Program-made: the position numbers and the translations under genes
Assembly (NCBI GenBank): GCA_028534125.1
Contig: CM052817.1
Span: 57,786,001-57,850,000 of the forward strand
Source of the DNA: Lama glama
Lineage: Eukaryota
Direction: 5' to 3'
Length of the DNA: 64,000 bases
Shown here: positions 28,323 through 40,720 of the stretch, piece by piece
How the letters are laid out: every line of letters begins with the position of its first letter
How positions within the stretch are numbered: position 1 is the first letter of the stretch
The notes under the pieces: generated by a model
Told to the model about the DNA's origin: nothing
Seen by the model: the letters and a program-made list of their open reading frames with translations, nothing else
The model's database searches: none

Positions 28323-29439
28323 ACATTGACAAGTTCTTTATCTTCATCAGTAGTCACAATGTACGGTGATGCTCTGGTAGGAATTAAAAACTGAATGCAG
28401 AACTTTTCATTCATATCACAACTAAATGACTGAGTTAAAAGGGTCTCAAAATTAAGTTCATTAAAATATTAGGGATAAGCCAAAGTCAATACTTGACTTG
28501 ATTTTTCTTCATAAATAAACATTACTCACCAAAATAATAGTTTGGATTCCTTTAGGAAAAATCAAAGAGGAATGACAGAGAAAAGACAACTTAGAGACAA
28601 TAGATAAAAGAAACCTCTGATCTAACACCCATAGTATTAGATGCTGCGAAGAATGAATTATTTCCAAGAAGCCAAGTTCAAGCTGGTGCAAAAGCTATTT
28701 GTTAATTACTTGAGAAAATTCCTTGCAGGGCAACACATAAATATATTTTAGTAAGAATAGCATATAGATTTGTTATAAAGGTGATGATCTAGCCAAGAGG
28801 ATGCCCGACCTCCAAAATACATCCAGTACTAAAAACCTAAGGAGAATTGTAATAAGAGCAGATAAGGAATCCTGCAACACAGATGGGTTCTACACATTTT
28901 GGCCATGTCTGCACACTTAGCCGGATCAACCTTAATGATCAATTCAGTTTAAAGCAGTCAACATGATTAGTTAGTTGTAAAAATTGTAGAACTTGTGTTA
29001 CTGACCATGGTTATAAAAACAGTCTCTACTCCATGAATGTTAGTATGTATAAATGTGTTTAAGCAAGAAAATTAAGACTAAAAAATTAAGAACTGCTTTT
29101 TACTACAATCATTAACTCCCAAACTAAAACACCTTCTTTCTCTCCTTGATACAATATTCAAAGATGACTTTTAACCATTCAACAGAAATTTATTACTAAA
29201 ATTGTACTCAAGAATATTCATTTTTTAAGTGCCACAAGTCCTATGTATATATGATCGTACTACACAAATTCATCCTTTGTGAGCTCACTGACAGAAGTGA
29301 CTATGTCTGCTTACAACATTGATATCCTCATCACTTAGCTCAGTTCCAAAAGAAAAACCAAAGAAAATGTGTTCAATATATGTTTGCTGAAGGGAAAAGA
29401 ACCTCCTTCTAGTTAGCCTCTATTTACAAGCAACACTTC

Positions 29440-29745
29440 ATAACAGGTAAAGTTTTCTAGCTGTCCAGCAAAACCTCTTTTCCCTTCTTTGTCAGGGCAG
29501 GCGGCTATATTCCACATTTTCCAGTCTACTCTGAATTAATGGTAGCCAGTATCCAATTGCGGGAGAGGAAATAACATATGCAACTTCAAATTGGGAATGG
29601 ACACATCCCTTGGAGGGTGGTGAGGCTGCAAAATGGGAGACGTTTGAATCCCTCAATTACCCTCTGGAGAAAATTCACCCACCAGCCCAAAACACCTACC
29701 GTGTACTCATGGGAATGAGAAATAAACCTTTATTCTGTTAGAATA
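29440..29745 (+). mobile_element. Old MLT1-type LTR remnant
   Basis: ...GAATCCCTCAATTACC...ATGAGAAATAAACCTTTATTCTGTTAG, a typical MLT1 polyA region. Confidence 0.6.
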
Positions 29746-29834
29746 TTCTTATAGAAATGTGCCCTGTGGTATTTAACATACAGATGTTCAGCAGATATTC
29801 ACAGAATGTATTAGTTCATTTTTTATGGTTTGAT

Positions 29835-30030
29835 TTAAAAAAAAACCTCAAAATATACTGAAACCTACAGGAAAGTGTTAATAACAGTACAAAGAATCCC
29901 AGTATCACCTTTACCCAGAATCCCAAATTGTTAGCATTTTACCCTCATTTGCTCTCCTTGTCCTCCATAGGTATGTGTGGGTGTGCCTGTATGTGCGCAC
30001 ACATGTATGTGAAACATATATGTGAAAGCC
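29835..30030 (-). mobile_element. Ancient L1M (L1MC-like) 3' end
   Basis: ACAGGAAAGTGTTAATAACAGTACAAAGAATCCC...CCTTTACCCAGAATCCCAAATTGTTAGCATTTTACC. Confidence 0.6.
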
Positions 30031-33000
30031 AACATGATTTTTTTTGACAAACCAAAGCTTTTCTCTGAAATCTAGCTACAGAAGAAAAGAGGTTTATAGG
30101 AAGTGTTTAGTACACATTCAGAAACATGTTTTCTCATGGATGTTTTCAGCAAACGCTTCATTTCTATGTAGGAGGTATAAGATTCTTGCTAAAAATACTC
30201 TCCCTTCCTTGATTATTCATTGTAAATGCCAAACATTCTCACAAGTGAATAAAGACAGGGCTTATTAGCAGTTATCTTATTTAGATAATTTAGATTTTAT
30301 AAAATAATTTCAACATTTACTTATGTTAAATAAACATAAAAATCTGATTAATGTACTATATAAAATTGTAATTTATCAAGTACTTTGATAAATTAACAGA
30401 AAAATAAAAGTTTTCTTTGATATCTGTAATACTACTACCACCAAATTGGGCTGAAAAGAACCAATATATGCGAGGAAAAACAAGAAGACAAAATATGACT
30501 CACAATTATAACAGGAAGAGAACATTGTTACCTAGGGCACTGTCTCCTCAATTATGAACGTGTTTCCTCCAAAAAAAGTGTTTGTAAGTCATTTGCTGGA
30601 ACAAAGACCTTATTTCCAACACAGCAATTACGTTAAGGGTGCTCTTCATTTCCCAAGGCAAATCCAAAACAGTCTCCCTTATTCATTAGGTCACAAGACT
30701 ATAACACTGTATTATTGGTACTACTATCCAACCAAGAAAACCAAAAGCCCGTTCTCAAGACCCAGGTTTCTCTGCTAGCTCTAGTTGTACTGGTTATCCT
30801 AGTTTTCAGTAACCAGTTTTCCTAGCTCTCAGTAATGAGATGAGATGAGAAGTGCAAGGTTGTAGGCAGGGCAGGGGGCTCCTGGGTAAGAGCAGAGGTA
30901 CTGCAGAAAGGGACTGAGTCTTCATGAGCAACTGTGGGCAGTACTCGCAGTCCAGTTCTCGGTAGGTAGTGACTGCTGCCGAAATCTGTGTCCTAGGTCC
31001 CTAGCGGTGATTGGCAGGGAGGGGACCACACCTTTGGTGACAAGTGATGGTCAAAGAAATATGAGGAGAAGTACAGGCGATAGCTAAGAACAATGGAAGG
31101 GTGGAAGGAGAATTCTAGCAGTAGCCTATGTGAGTCACTGAATCCCAGCCTCGGGAAAACCACCTCTACTGTGCATATATGTGCATATACACTCATCAGG
31201 TATCAATTTAATATACTAATCGGAACATTGCAAGCTAGTTCAAGATACTAGTTACTACTCAGCATTTTTAACTGCTGTAATTCAGTATTTTATGCCATGC
31301 TCTCTGACATTAGTGAGAATGATGTGTACTCTACGTATTTAAGTAATGCTTTGGTATGTAACTCCTATTAAAGATTTTGTGCCAGGTAACATTTGTGGTC
31401 TGGTCTCACCTTTCTCAGGGGACTCATTGACATAATTGAGACAACTCAGCATGGCATATGGAAAAATCTCTCATAAAGTAAAGGTCAGAGATTAAGTAGG
31501 ATCGTCACTGAATTAATTTGTTTTTCTTAAGAGGAGTTACTCCACAGGTCAACAGTCAGGTCACTGATAGATATGTTTCTCCTCCTGTTCTCGGGGTGTG
31601 AAGAGAACAAGTTGTTGATTTCCTTTGGTGGCTGTTTTCTTACCTCAGAAGAATACATTCATACATTCTGCATGGCTGTGATTCAGCAGTGTGACAAAAA
31701 TGAAGAATATTTCCTTTTCCACAAAGAAAACACAATTCAGATCCCCTCCCTTGGCCACCCTCCCCCATCATCACCACTTAGTCTGGTGAAGTTTTTTTTT
31801 TTTTCACCTCAACCACTTGCAAAGGTAATGCTGTTGCCTCAAAATAATGCTGATAAGTTTTTCAAGCTTGGTGTAAATACACCTACTACTGAAACGCTGG
31901 CTTCTATGTTATGTAGCAATGGTTCCTAGAGGTAAAATTATCTTGCAAACAAGTAATTTTCACCTGACTACCCTCAAACATAAATATTGACCCCTCCAGA
32001 TTGTTTTTCTTTGGAAAAATGGAAAGGGCTCAAAAATGAAAAGGGCTTTCCAACTTCAGGAAATCAAATCTTTCAACTTGTACTAATGATATCACAAACA
32101 TCTCTCACCTTTGAATAGTTCGTATTGTGGATACTTTTAAGGAGAAATACAGGCATATCAAATCTAAATGTTATCTGTGTCATTTCTAGAATGCTTTTTT
32201 TAATATTTTGTTTTTCACATGAGTGTTCCTGACATCCCACACATTTAGGATATTCGTACTATAACAGCAAATTTCCATTGTGGAGACAATGAAATTATAC
32301 AAGTTTACAGCTGGAAAGAATCTTAGAGATCCTGTAACATGTCCTCATAGCTACAAACAAATGAGGGTAAATGAGTCTGAGAGTCTTGCTTAAGCCATAA
32401 ACTAATGTGGTAGAAATTGCTTACTAGGCCTGTCTTGTTCAATTACTCCCTGGTGAAACCCAGTGATGCAGTTCATACCAAACTCTTTCACAACAGCCCA
32501 ACATCTGACCAGAGAATCATTTTGTGGATAGTCCCTGTTATTAACGTAATCTCCTTGGTTTACTTCTAGTAGAGTTACTTATCCTCATTGCTAATTCCCT
32601 GGTCATGACTCTGTCATTAGTATAAAAAGTGTCTCAATCTATTGTCTTAATATTTCTATCATCTCCTCATTCTTATACAGAATAGTGTAAGAATAGTCAG
32701 GGTCTAACCTATGCTTTAGCTTCTGTTTTCCTCTTAAGAGCGTACCACGGATCTTGTATTGCCTTTTAAATTAGATTTAACCCAGTAAGACATTCAGTTT
32801 TCCCTAATTTGATAGCTATTATCTACCTTTACATCCTCTATTATAAACTCTACTTCAGCGAGGAAATCTTATACCTCCTTACACGCATGCCATATATTTT
32901 AGTGCCTAAATTTTGATAATGATGATAAAATTATAGCATGTATAACTTTATGTCAAATACTGTTCTTAGTGCTTTAATCCATTCACTTCTTTAGCATCTA

Positions 33001-33064
33001 CAGTCATTCCATAGGTATTACCTGTCACATTTACATTTTATTGTTCTGAAATAAGTATTTCCAT

Positions 33065-33280
33065 GTACTTTTATTCCACTGTGGCTGTAATGAATTATCA
33101 TAGATTTAGTGGCTTGAGATCACATATATTTATTAGCTTCGAGTTCTGTAGACATCTGACCGGGGTCTCACGGAGTTAAAGCAAGGTGTTGGCGGGCCTG
33201 TGCTGACTTCTGGAAGTTCTAGGGGAGAATCTGTTTCCTTGTCTTCTCCAGCTTTTTAAGGCCATTCTTAGCTCTTATCA
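33065..33280 (-). mobile_element. Partial MLT1 LTR
   Basis: Homologous to 13940-14150: TTAGTGGCTTGA...AAGGTGTTGGCGGGCCTGTGC...TCTAGGGGAGAATCTGTTTCCTTGTC. Confidence 0.8.
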
Positions 33281-33289
33281 TGAGCCAGT

Positions 33290-33850
33290 ATCCTGTATAT
33301 TTTACTTATTTTGTATTTATTGTTGGCCTAACTGCTGTGAAAATGCTAATTCCTTGATGGTAGAGCTTTTTATTCATTCTGTTCACAGCTAAATTCCAGT
33401 GTCTTAGAACAATATCTAATGTACAACGGCCACTCAGTGAACATGGGTTACGAATGAATGAGCCAAATTTTTTGTTCTGCCACTTAATAACTACATGAAC
33501 TGAGGGAAGGTAAACTTTTTAAGCCTAATTTTCTCCTATGTAAACTGGGGGTATTAACAATACCAAGATGTTGTTTTGAGGATTCACTGAGGTTGTTTAT
33601 GAATACTTGGAGCATAGGGCTGAGTATACAGTATAAACAAATAGCATTATTATTATTAACTAAAATAGCATTCTGTTTTATTTTCTTCATAGCAACTACA
33701 CCTATCCAAATCACCTTGTTTGTTTATTTCTATACTTATTTATTAATTGTCCCATGAAAGCAGAATTTTATATGCTTCGCGCCTGTATTTCTAGTACCTA
33801 GAATAGTGACTGGTACAGAGCAGGAGCTGAAGAAATGTTTGTTGAATTAG
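33290..33850. mobile_element. L2 3' ends interleaved with a MIR (about 33484-33660)
   Basis: TCTGTTCACAGCTAAATTCCAGTGTCTTAGAACAA..., TTTTCTCCTATGTAAACTGGGGGTATTAACAATACC, CTAGTACCTAGAATAGTGACTGGTACAGAG. Confidence 0.6.
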
Positions 33851-36485
33851 TGCTACTTGCGTGTAGGTAAAAAACTTCATGGGCCTTTTATTCTACCACT
33901 TAAAGCTGCACCCACTATTATGATGATTCAGTTGTGTGTTCATAAGGATTCAGTTTCAGAACTCAAAATGGGACGTAGAGAGGTCATGGAGTCGCTGGTG
34001 GGGATGGGCGAAGTTTTGAATTCTCCCTGTTGTAGAAGTTCTTAATGTTTTATATGTTATTTAAGCCTAGGAGAACCTGATGAAAGCCATGAACATGTCC
34101 CTCAAACAGTATACCCTACCACAGCACAGTATTTTGCATAAATGTCCAAAGGCCCGTTGAGGTCCTACTACCCATTGGTCTAACAGATGTTCACAAGTCT
34201 CAGATAAAGAACCTTAAGACGGCTCTTAGCCCAGAGGTTATAGTGTGTGACTAATATGACACAGTATGTTGATGTAGCAGGAAAAGCCTATGGTAGTTGA
34301 CAGAAAGCAGTCAGAAAGTTGTTATTATAGGCCAGGAGAGATATTTTGAAGACCTGAATTGACATGGTAGTGGTGGAGTCAGAGCAAAGACTTAACCAAA
34401 GCCCAGTCAGTAGTCTGAGTGTTTCGGAGAGTGAGGAAGAAGAAATCGTCCCTGACTCCAATAGCTCTATCCTCTGTAGATCTGTTTCTGGGATTTTTTT
34501 TTTTTTACATAAAATGAAAGCAGTAACAATATTGGCAATGAGAGGAAACTGTGAAGAAAGAAATAAAAGTTTGGGAGCACTATAATGAAATTTTCCTCCA
34601 TTTATTGCTCACATAATAAACTTAAAGCTATTTTAGTTTTCAGCACATTACCATCCAGACCTCATGCACCACAGGATTATTATTTGGGGATTCTTTGACC
34701 CATAAAGAGTAGACTTAACAACTGGTAAAAAGTCCATAATACCTGTTCCCATGGAACTGCTTCAGTTACTACTGCAATACAGTATTATAACCAGAGATAT
34801 CAGCAAGTCATGCAATGAATATAATATTCCTTCCACTTCTAATGTCAGGGTGTCAGGAAGGACCCTGAGCTACTTGATCACCAGATAGAAAAAGCAGCTG
34901 TTTCACTTCACAGGAAGTAGCCAGTACTGCTTCCAGGTCAGAGCAAATCTTGCTCAATTTGGATGGAGGACTGACACTTAAAAGTGGTTCAAATATATAT
35001 TGGAGGGACAGACTGGAAAAAATTCAGCCCTCTTCTTCAATATCCCCAGAGAAAATAACTCCCCATTGCAGACAAGAAGTCCAACTGGGAAGCCTTCAAT
35101 GAAACTAATTTACATTGGAATAGAAAACTCTAGCTAGATCTCTACCCCTACTTAAAGTGGTGAGAATGCAAAGAACTCCTGAGCCTTGTTTGTCATAATA
35201 TTACTTCATGGAAAGATACTGAAATTCTTGATTTTTTTCATTATTTTGCACCTTATGGAAAAATATTTAGGATAATTACAGAAAGAAAACTTTTAGAAGG
35301 GAGTATATCCAGTTCTCCTAAAATTTATGTCAAATTCAGCATTATTTATTTTACACAATAAAAAGATCATAACTTTTACTTTTTATTTAAAAAACATATA
35401 AAGCAAAAGAGAAGTAACCCACTAAATAACAAGCGATTTAGTTCATCTGCGGCTCCTCTGTATTTAAGGTCTTTGTAAAATGCTGCAGTTTTTTTTTTTT
35501 TTAAAATAAGAAAGGTACAACCCTTGCCTTCGGGAAGTTCCTTGTCAAATTTTGAAAATAAATTATTTGACAAAGTTACTATGTATCAAAAGCCATAATA
35601 TTGATGAAAAGATATGCAGAGCACATTAAGGGAGCACCAAGCAACTAGACAGGAAAATATGGAGCCACAGAGACAACACAGGAGATGGGAGAGAAAGCCT
35701 GACCTGTGCATGGAAGGGCTTGTGCAGCCAGATCGATACCCAGGAGTGCGCCCTGAATCCAAAGGAGACGCACCCATGGGGGTTAGGTGGGTGACAACTT
35801 TGACAATTATGAGACATGGATTTGGATGTCAGCAGGAAAAGAAAAGAAGACTAGTTGGAGATCACTGCAATTGTCCACTTAAGAGATTTTGAAGTCTTGA
35901 AATGAATTCCAGAAATACGGTATAGAGAAAGTGAAATCACAGAATGTTACAACTGCCTACAATGAAGGAAGCAGGGGAGGGAGAGGAAGAATTGAAGATG
36001 ACTGGAATGACAGATCGCAGGAGGAGGAGAGGGGAAAATTAGGGGGAAGAAGATCAGCTCATCACATGACCAGTGATAGAAAATCACCCCTGCATAACCA
36101 ACACGACTCCATTCCACATGCTCTGAACGTGAAATATCTCCCCAGTAAAGAGGTCCTTCCTATTCCACTTCTCTAGACCCCATAATAGATTTTCAAGGTT
36201 TTCTTTCCCTGGACAAATAATCTAACCCCATTATAGATTGATATTTTATAGTGGGAAAACACTATAATGCTTTCAAACGTATGTTACTAGTAGACCTTTT
36301 GAGGTTGTAATTCAAGACAAGCTCCATCTTCCCCTCCCTTGCTGAATGTCACATGTTTCATTCATCATCTTCAAGTTAACGTCCACTGTGCCAATCACAA
36401 GGCAACTAATTTTTGGTGGGAAGGGTGGTCTTAGATTGTTCTCTCATATATAAAGGAGAATCTGTAACTTTAAAAGGCCAACTAT

Positions 36486-37221
36486 TGAGTTGTATAAGCT
36501 GCTTATATATTTTGGAGATCAAATAAACAACCCAATCCAAAAATGGGCAGAAGACCTAAACAAGCAACTCTCCAAGGAAGACATACAAATGATCAAAAAG
36601 CACATGAAAAAATGTTCAATATCACTAATTATCAGAGAAATGCAAATCAAAACTACAATGAGGTATCACCTCACACCAGTCAGAATGGCCGTCATTCAAA
36701 AATCCAAAAATGACAAATGNNNNNNNNNNNNNNNNNNNNNNNNNNNNNNNNNNNNNNNNNNNNNNNNNNNNNNNNNNNNNNNNNNNNNNNNNNNNNNNNN
36801 NNNNNNNNNNNNNNNNNNNNNNNNNNNNNNNNNNNNNNNNNNNNNNNNNNNNNNNNNNNNNNNNNNNNNNNNNNNNNNNNNNNNNNNNNNNNNNNNNNNN
36901 NNNNNNNNNNNNNNNNNNNNNNNNNNNNNNNNNNNNNNNNNNNNNNNNNNNNNNNNNNNNNNNNNNNNNNNNNNNNNNNNNNNNNNNNNNNNNNNNNNNN
37001 NNNNNNNNNNNNNNNNNNNNNNNNNNNNNNNNNNNNNNNNNNNNNNNNNNNNNNNNNNNNNNNNNNNNNNNNNNNNNNNNNNNNNNNNNNNNNNNNNNNN
37101 NNNNNNNNNNNNNNNNNNNNNNNNNNNNNNNNNNNNNNNNNNNNNNNNNNNNNNNNNNNNNNNNNNNNNNNNNNNNNNNNNNNNNNNNNNNNNNNNNNNN
37201 NNNNNNNNNNNNNNNNNNNAA
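36486..37221 (+). mobile_element. Young LINE-1 with short 5' inversion and 14-bp TSD, interrupted by an assembly gap
   Basis: Open ORF2 frame [22 protein letters not shown]...[20 protein letters not shown] (about 36521-36719); 36486-36520 is inverted L1 ([12 protein letters not shown] on minus); TSD AAAAGGCCAACTAT at 36472-36485 and 37222-37235. Confidence 0.93.
36720..37219. other. Assembly gap, 500 N
   Basis: Run of N. Confidence 1.
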
Positions 37222-37235
37222 AAAAGGCCAACTAT

Positions 37236-37412
37236 ATTGAGATATAATTTGCCTACAATAATATACATACATTTTAAATGTACATTTCTAGAGTTTCAAT
37301 ATAATAATCCCATATAACCACCACCACAATCAAGAAATTATGTATTTTCATTATCTCCCTAAAATTTCCTTTGTGTCTTTTTGTAGTTAATTCCCTCCCC
37401 TACCTTGGCCGT
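37236..37412 (-). mobile_element. Old L1M 3' end
   Basis: ATTGAGATATAATTTGCCTACAATAA...CATTTTAAATGTACA...CCATATAACCACCACCACAATCAAG. Confidence 0.75.
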
Positions 37413-37419
37413 GGCCCAG

Positions 37420-37762
37420 AGTGGTAGCTGTGAAGGCACACCTCTGAGATCTGTATTCAAAAGTCTATTGGGGGCCAGGAGTGCTGTCTATCTCTGGCAG
37501 CAGCCTGGAGATCCACTGCAGTATAAGAACTATGGCCAGGCTACAGGCAATGACCCAGAACAGCACTAAAACTAGGACCTGGACCTTTCTGCCCAGTGCA
37601 CAACTCCTACAAGCAATCTTTATACCAGAACTCCCTGTTGGAAGCTAAGATATCCTCCAAGCCACACTGCAGCCTGAGGGTCTTCCTGCCCAATTCTCCC
37701 TTCTGCCTTCCCTTACACAGATCACAAACCTGCAGGGTGGTCTAAAGGCTTTCCCAGAACGT
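37420..37762 (+). mobile_element. LTR16-like (ERVL) LTR remnant
   Basis: GTGGTAGCTGTGAAGG...CAATCTTTATACCAGAACTCCCTGTTGG...CTGCAGCCTGAGGGTCTTCCTGCCCAAT. Confidence 0.6.
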
Positions 37763-38136
37763 TCCTGGCAATCACAGTGCCATGACAAGGTTTGTAGAAA
37801 ACAAGCATTCATCTGAATACTACACGTCCATTTAAAGGAAAATTTTCACTGAGACAGAAAATTAAAAGCAATATATGAAGGTGTATCAACATTCTCAAAA
37901 TTCTACAAGTGAACACATTACTTAAGTATTCAGATAACTTGGGTCCTCTCCTGTAGCTTTACAAGTTAGTCTAAAGATGAGGACCTATAATTAACCTGCA
38001 CTCTCATATTGCCATTTATAAACACATACACATAAGAATCAACTTTAAAAATAATATACCATCAAGCAATATGAATATTTAACTGCTCACATTGTTTATA
38101 GTATGCATTAAATACTCATGCATATTATTGTCTAAG

Positions 38137-38438
38137 CAGCACTGTCCAATATAATTATTCTGTGAGTTACATGTGTAGTTTAAAATTTTCTAGTTGCCAC
38201 ATTAAAACCGTAAAAAGAAACAGTTGAATTTTATATCTTATTTAATGTACCATTCAAAACATTTCAGTTTTGACATGTAATCTGTACACAAATTATTGAG
38301 AAATTTATGGCTTTTTTTTTCACACTAAGTCTTTGAAATCAAGTGTGTGTTTTACACCTGCATCTCAATTCAGACTGGTTACATTTCAAGTGCTCAGTAG
38401 TAACATGAGCCTAGCGTCTACCATATTGGACAGTGCAG
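38137..38438. mobile_element. hAT-Charlie MITE (MER33-like)
   Basis: Terminal inverted repeats CAGCACTGTCCAATA (38137-38151) and TATTGGACAGTGCAG (38424-38438); internal ACATTTCAAGTGCTCAGTAG. Confidence 0.88.
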
Positions 38439-39992
38439 GTATAGAGATCAACAGGAAATAATTATTGAGTACCTAGCATATGCAAAAAAAAGTGTATTAG
38501 CTACTGAGGAATCCAAGAGGAAAAAAATCACAATGCACCACTAAAATCACTACATTGAAGTTGTAAAAAAAGATTTTGTACCAAAAAGGTGACACGAGCA
38601 GCCATCTCTGAGAAGTTTGGCAAAGTCGCATAGGCAAAAGGTTCTGTAAGAATTTATAGCAGGGATTCTTGTGATCTAGGGCAAAAGTATGTGTCTTGGA
38701 TACATGAGATTTAATAAAGGGTTTTAGGCATAAAATATACACAAAGGTTAGAAAAGATGAATGTGTTCTCGTGACAATGGGTGAACCAGCATTAGAGATT
38801 TCGTATGCTAGATATTGAATTTGGTGGGGGTTTAAAGGTTAGCCAGCTCATAAGTGTATGAATGAACAAATGAAGGAAGATATAACATTGGAACCAAAAT
38901 GTGAACACTAAAATATTCGTCTAATGATATAAACTGGCTTCTAATGAAGGAGGAATCAGTTTAATGTGTCTGTATGTGTGAAGTTGTGTGTCCGGCTGCT
39001 GAAAGTTTATTGGGAGGAAAGGGAAAACCACAGCTAGGTGAGCTGAGAGCCTGGTGCACAGATGTAGGCAAGAGCTGATGAGAGTCTTACCTAAACCGTA
39101 ATGGAAGAGATAGGAGAGAAAAGGATCCTAAAATCATTTTATGGCTAAATGTGGGAAAGAGGGGACTACAAATACACCAACAGTTCATACTGCGGGTCTT
39201 GGGAAAATACTGGTGTCAATAATAACTTACATGCAGGAGCACCTTGTTTGCAGGAAAGATTATGGTCAACTTTAGACTCTGAATCAAAGTGATAGGGTGA
39301 CATCTAAGTAAATATGTGCCGTGGACAAAGAAATACAAGAAAGAGTTCCTGCTAGAAATGTGCCAAGGAATAGTCATTAGCATGTATGACATCACTAAAG
39401 GAAAAAAAGCAAAACTCGGAGAGGGAGTCAAGAATCTACACAGCAGAGTAAAGCTCTAAACTGAGAAACTGTGAGACACCATTTTTGTAGAGAATGCTCT
39501 AGGGAATAAACTAGAGATGAGTAAAAGAATCAAGTATCAACTAGGTAGAAAGGCCACACAGCTGTGTGAATGTTAAGGTAACCATCGTATGGGTCTGTAT
39601 TACCACGTACACAGCAGCCTTCAGCAGAACATAACTGAAAGCAGGACAGGACTGCCTGTGTGGTCATGAACTCCTTCCTTCTATTATATTCTTGTCCATG
39701 TTTTGCATAGAAAGACTGACTGGAATCTGAGTATTGTGTGTGCTCATTGTTAATGAATCCTTGCATAAATCTTACAAGGACTTCTCCAGACACAAACCCG
39801 GCTTGCCAAATATTATGCACTCCAGGTGGAATTGTAGTACATTCCATAAAACACTACCAAACCCATTTTTGAGACTTTTATATTTTCATTGCTATCTCTT
39901 CCCATGTCTGCTATTTTTATTGGTTTCTTTTGTGGAGTGTACTTCTTTTTACCTTTCAGAAACTCTGTCTACCCTACTCTTGTTCTGTGGTA

Positions 39993-40720
39993 ACAATGTG
40001 GTACATTATTATAACTAAAGTCCAGAGTCTACCTTAAGGTTTACTCTGTGTGTTGTCCAGTTCCAAGAGTTCTAATAAATACATTATGTCATGTGTCCAT
40101 CATTATGGTATTATTATGAATAGCTTCACTGCCCTGGGCATGCTCTCTTCTCTAGTCTTCCATCCCTCTGTCCCGTCCCCAACCTCTGATAATCACTGGT
40201 CTTTTGACTGTTTCCATACTTTTGTCTTTTCCAGAATACCATACAGTTGAAATCATACAGTACTGTAGGTTTTTCAGATTGGCTTATTTCACTTAGAAAT
40301 ATGCATTTAAGGTTCTTCCATGGGTTTTGTGGCTTGAGAGCTCATTTCTTTTTCTTATCACATAATCTTTCATTGTCTGAATGTACCACAATTTATTTAT
40401 CCATTTACCTACTAAAGAATGTCTTAATTTTCCCCAGGTTTTGGCACATATCTATAAAGCTTCTATAAATATCTATGTGCAGGATTTTGTGTGAATATGT
40501 TTTCAACTCCTTTGGGTAACTGTCTAGGATATGATTGCTGGATCATATGAGAAGAATATATTTAGTTTTGTAAGAAACAGCCAAACTGTCTTCCAAAGTG
40601 GCGAGACCATTTTGCATTCCCACCAGCAACAACTGGTCGTCCTTATTGCTTCACATGTTTGCCAGCATTAGGTGCTGTCAATGTTCTGGATTTTCGTCAT
40701 CCTAATAGGTGTTCAGTAGG
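39993..40720 (-). mobile_element. Old LINE-1 (L1MC-like), ORF2 end plus 3'UTR
   Basis: CCAAACTGTCTTCCAAAGTGGC...CATTTTGCATTCCCACCAGCAA; TTTTCAGATTGGCTTATTTCACTTAG. Confidence 0.88.

Noticed and set aside
36490..37317. Long ORFs of 176-275 aa
   Set aside because: Artefacts of the N run; the real part is an L1 ORF2 fragment.
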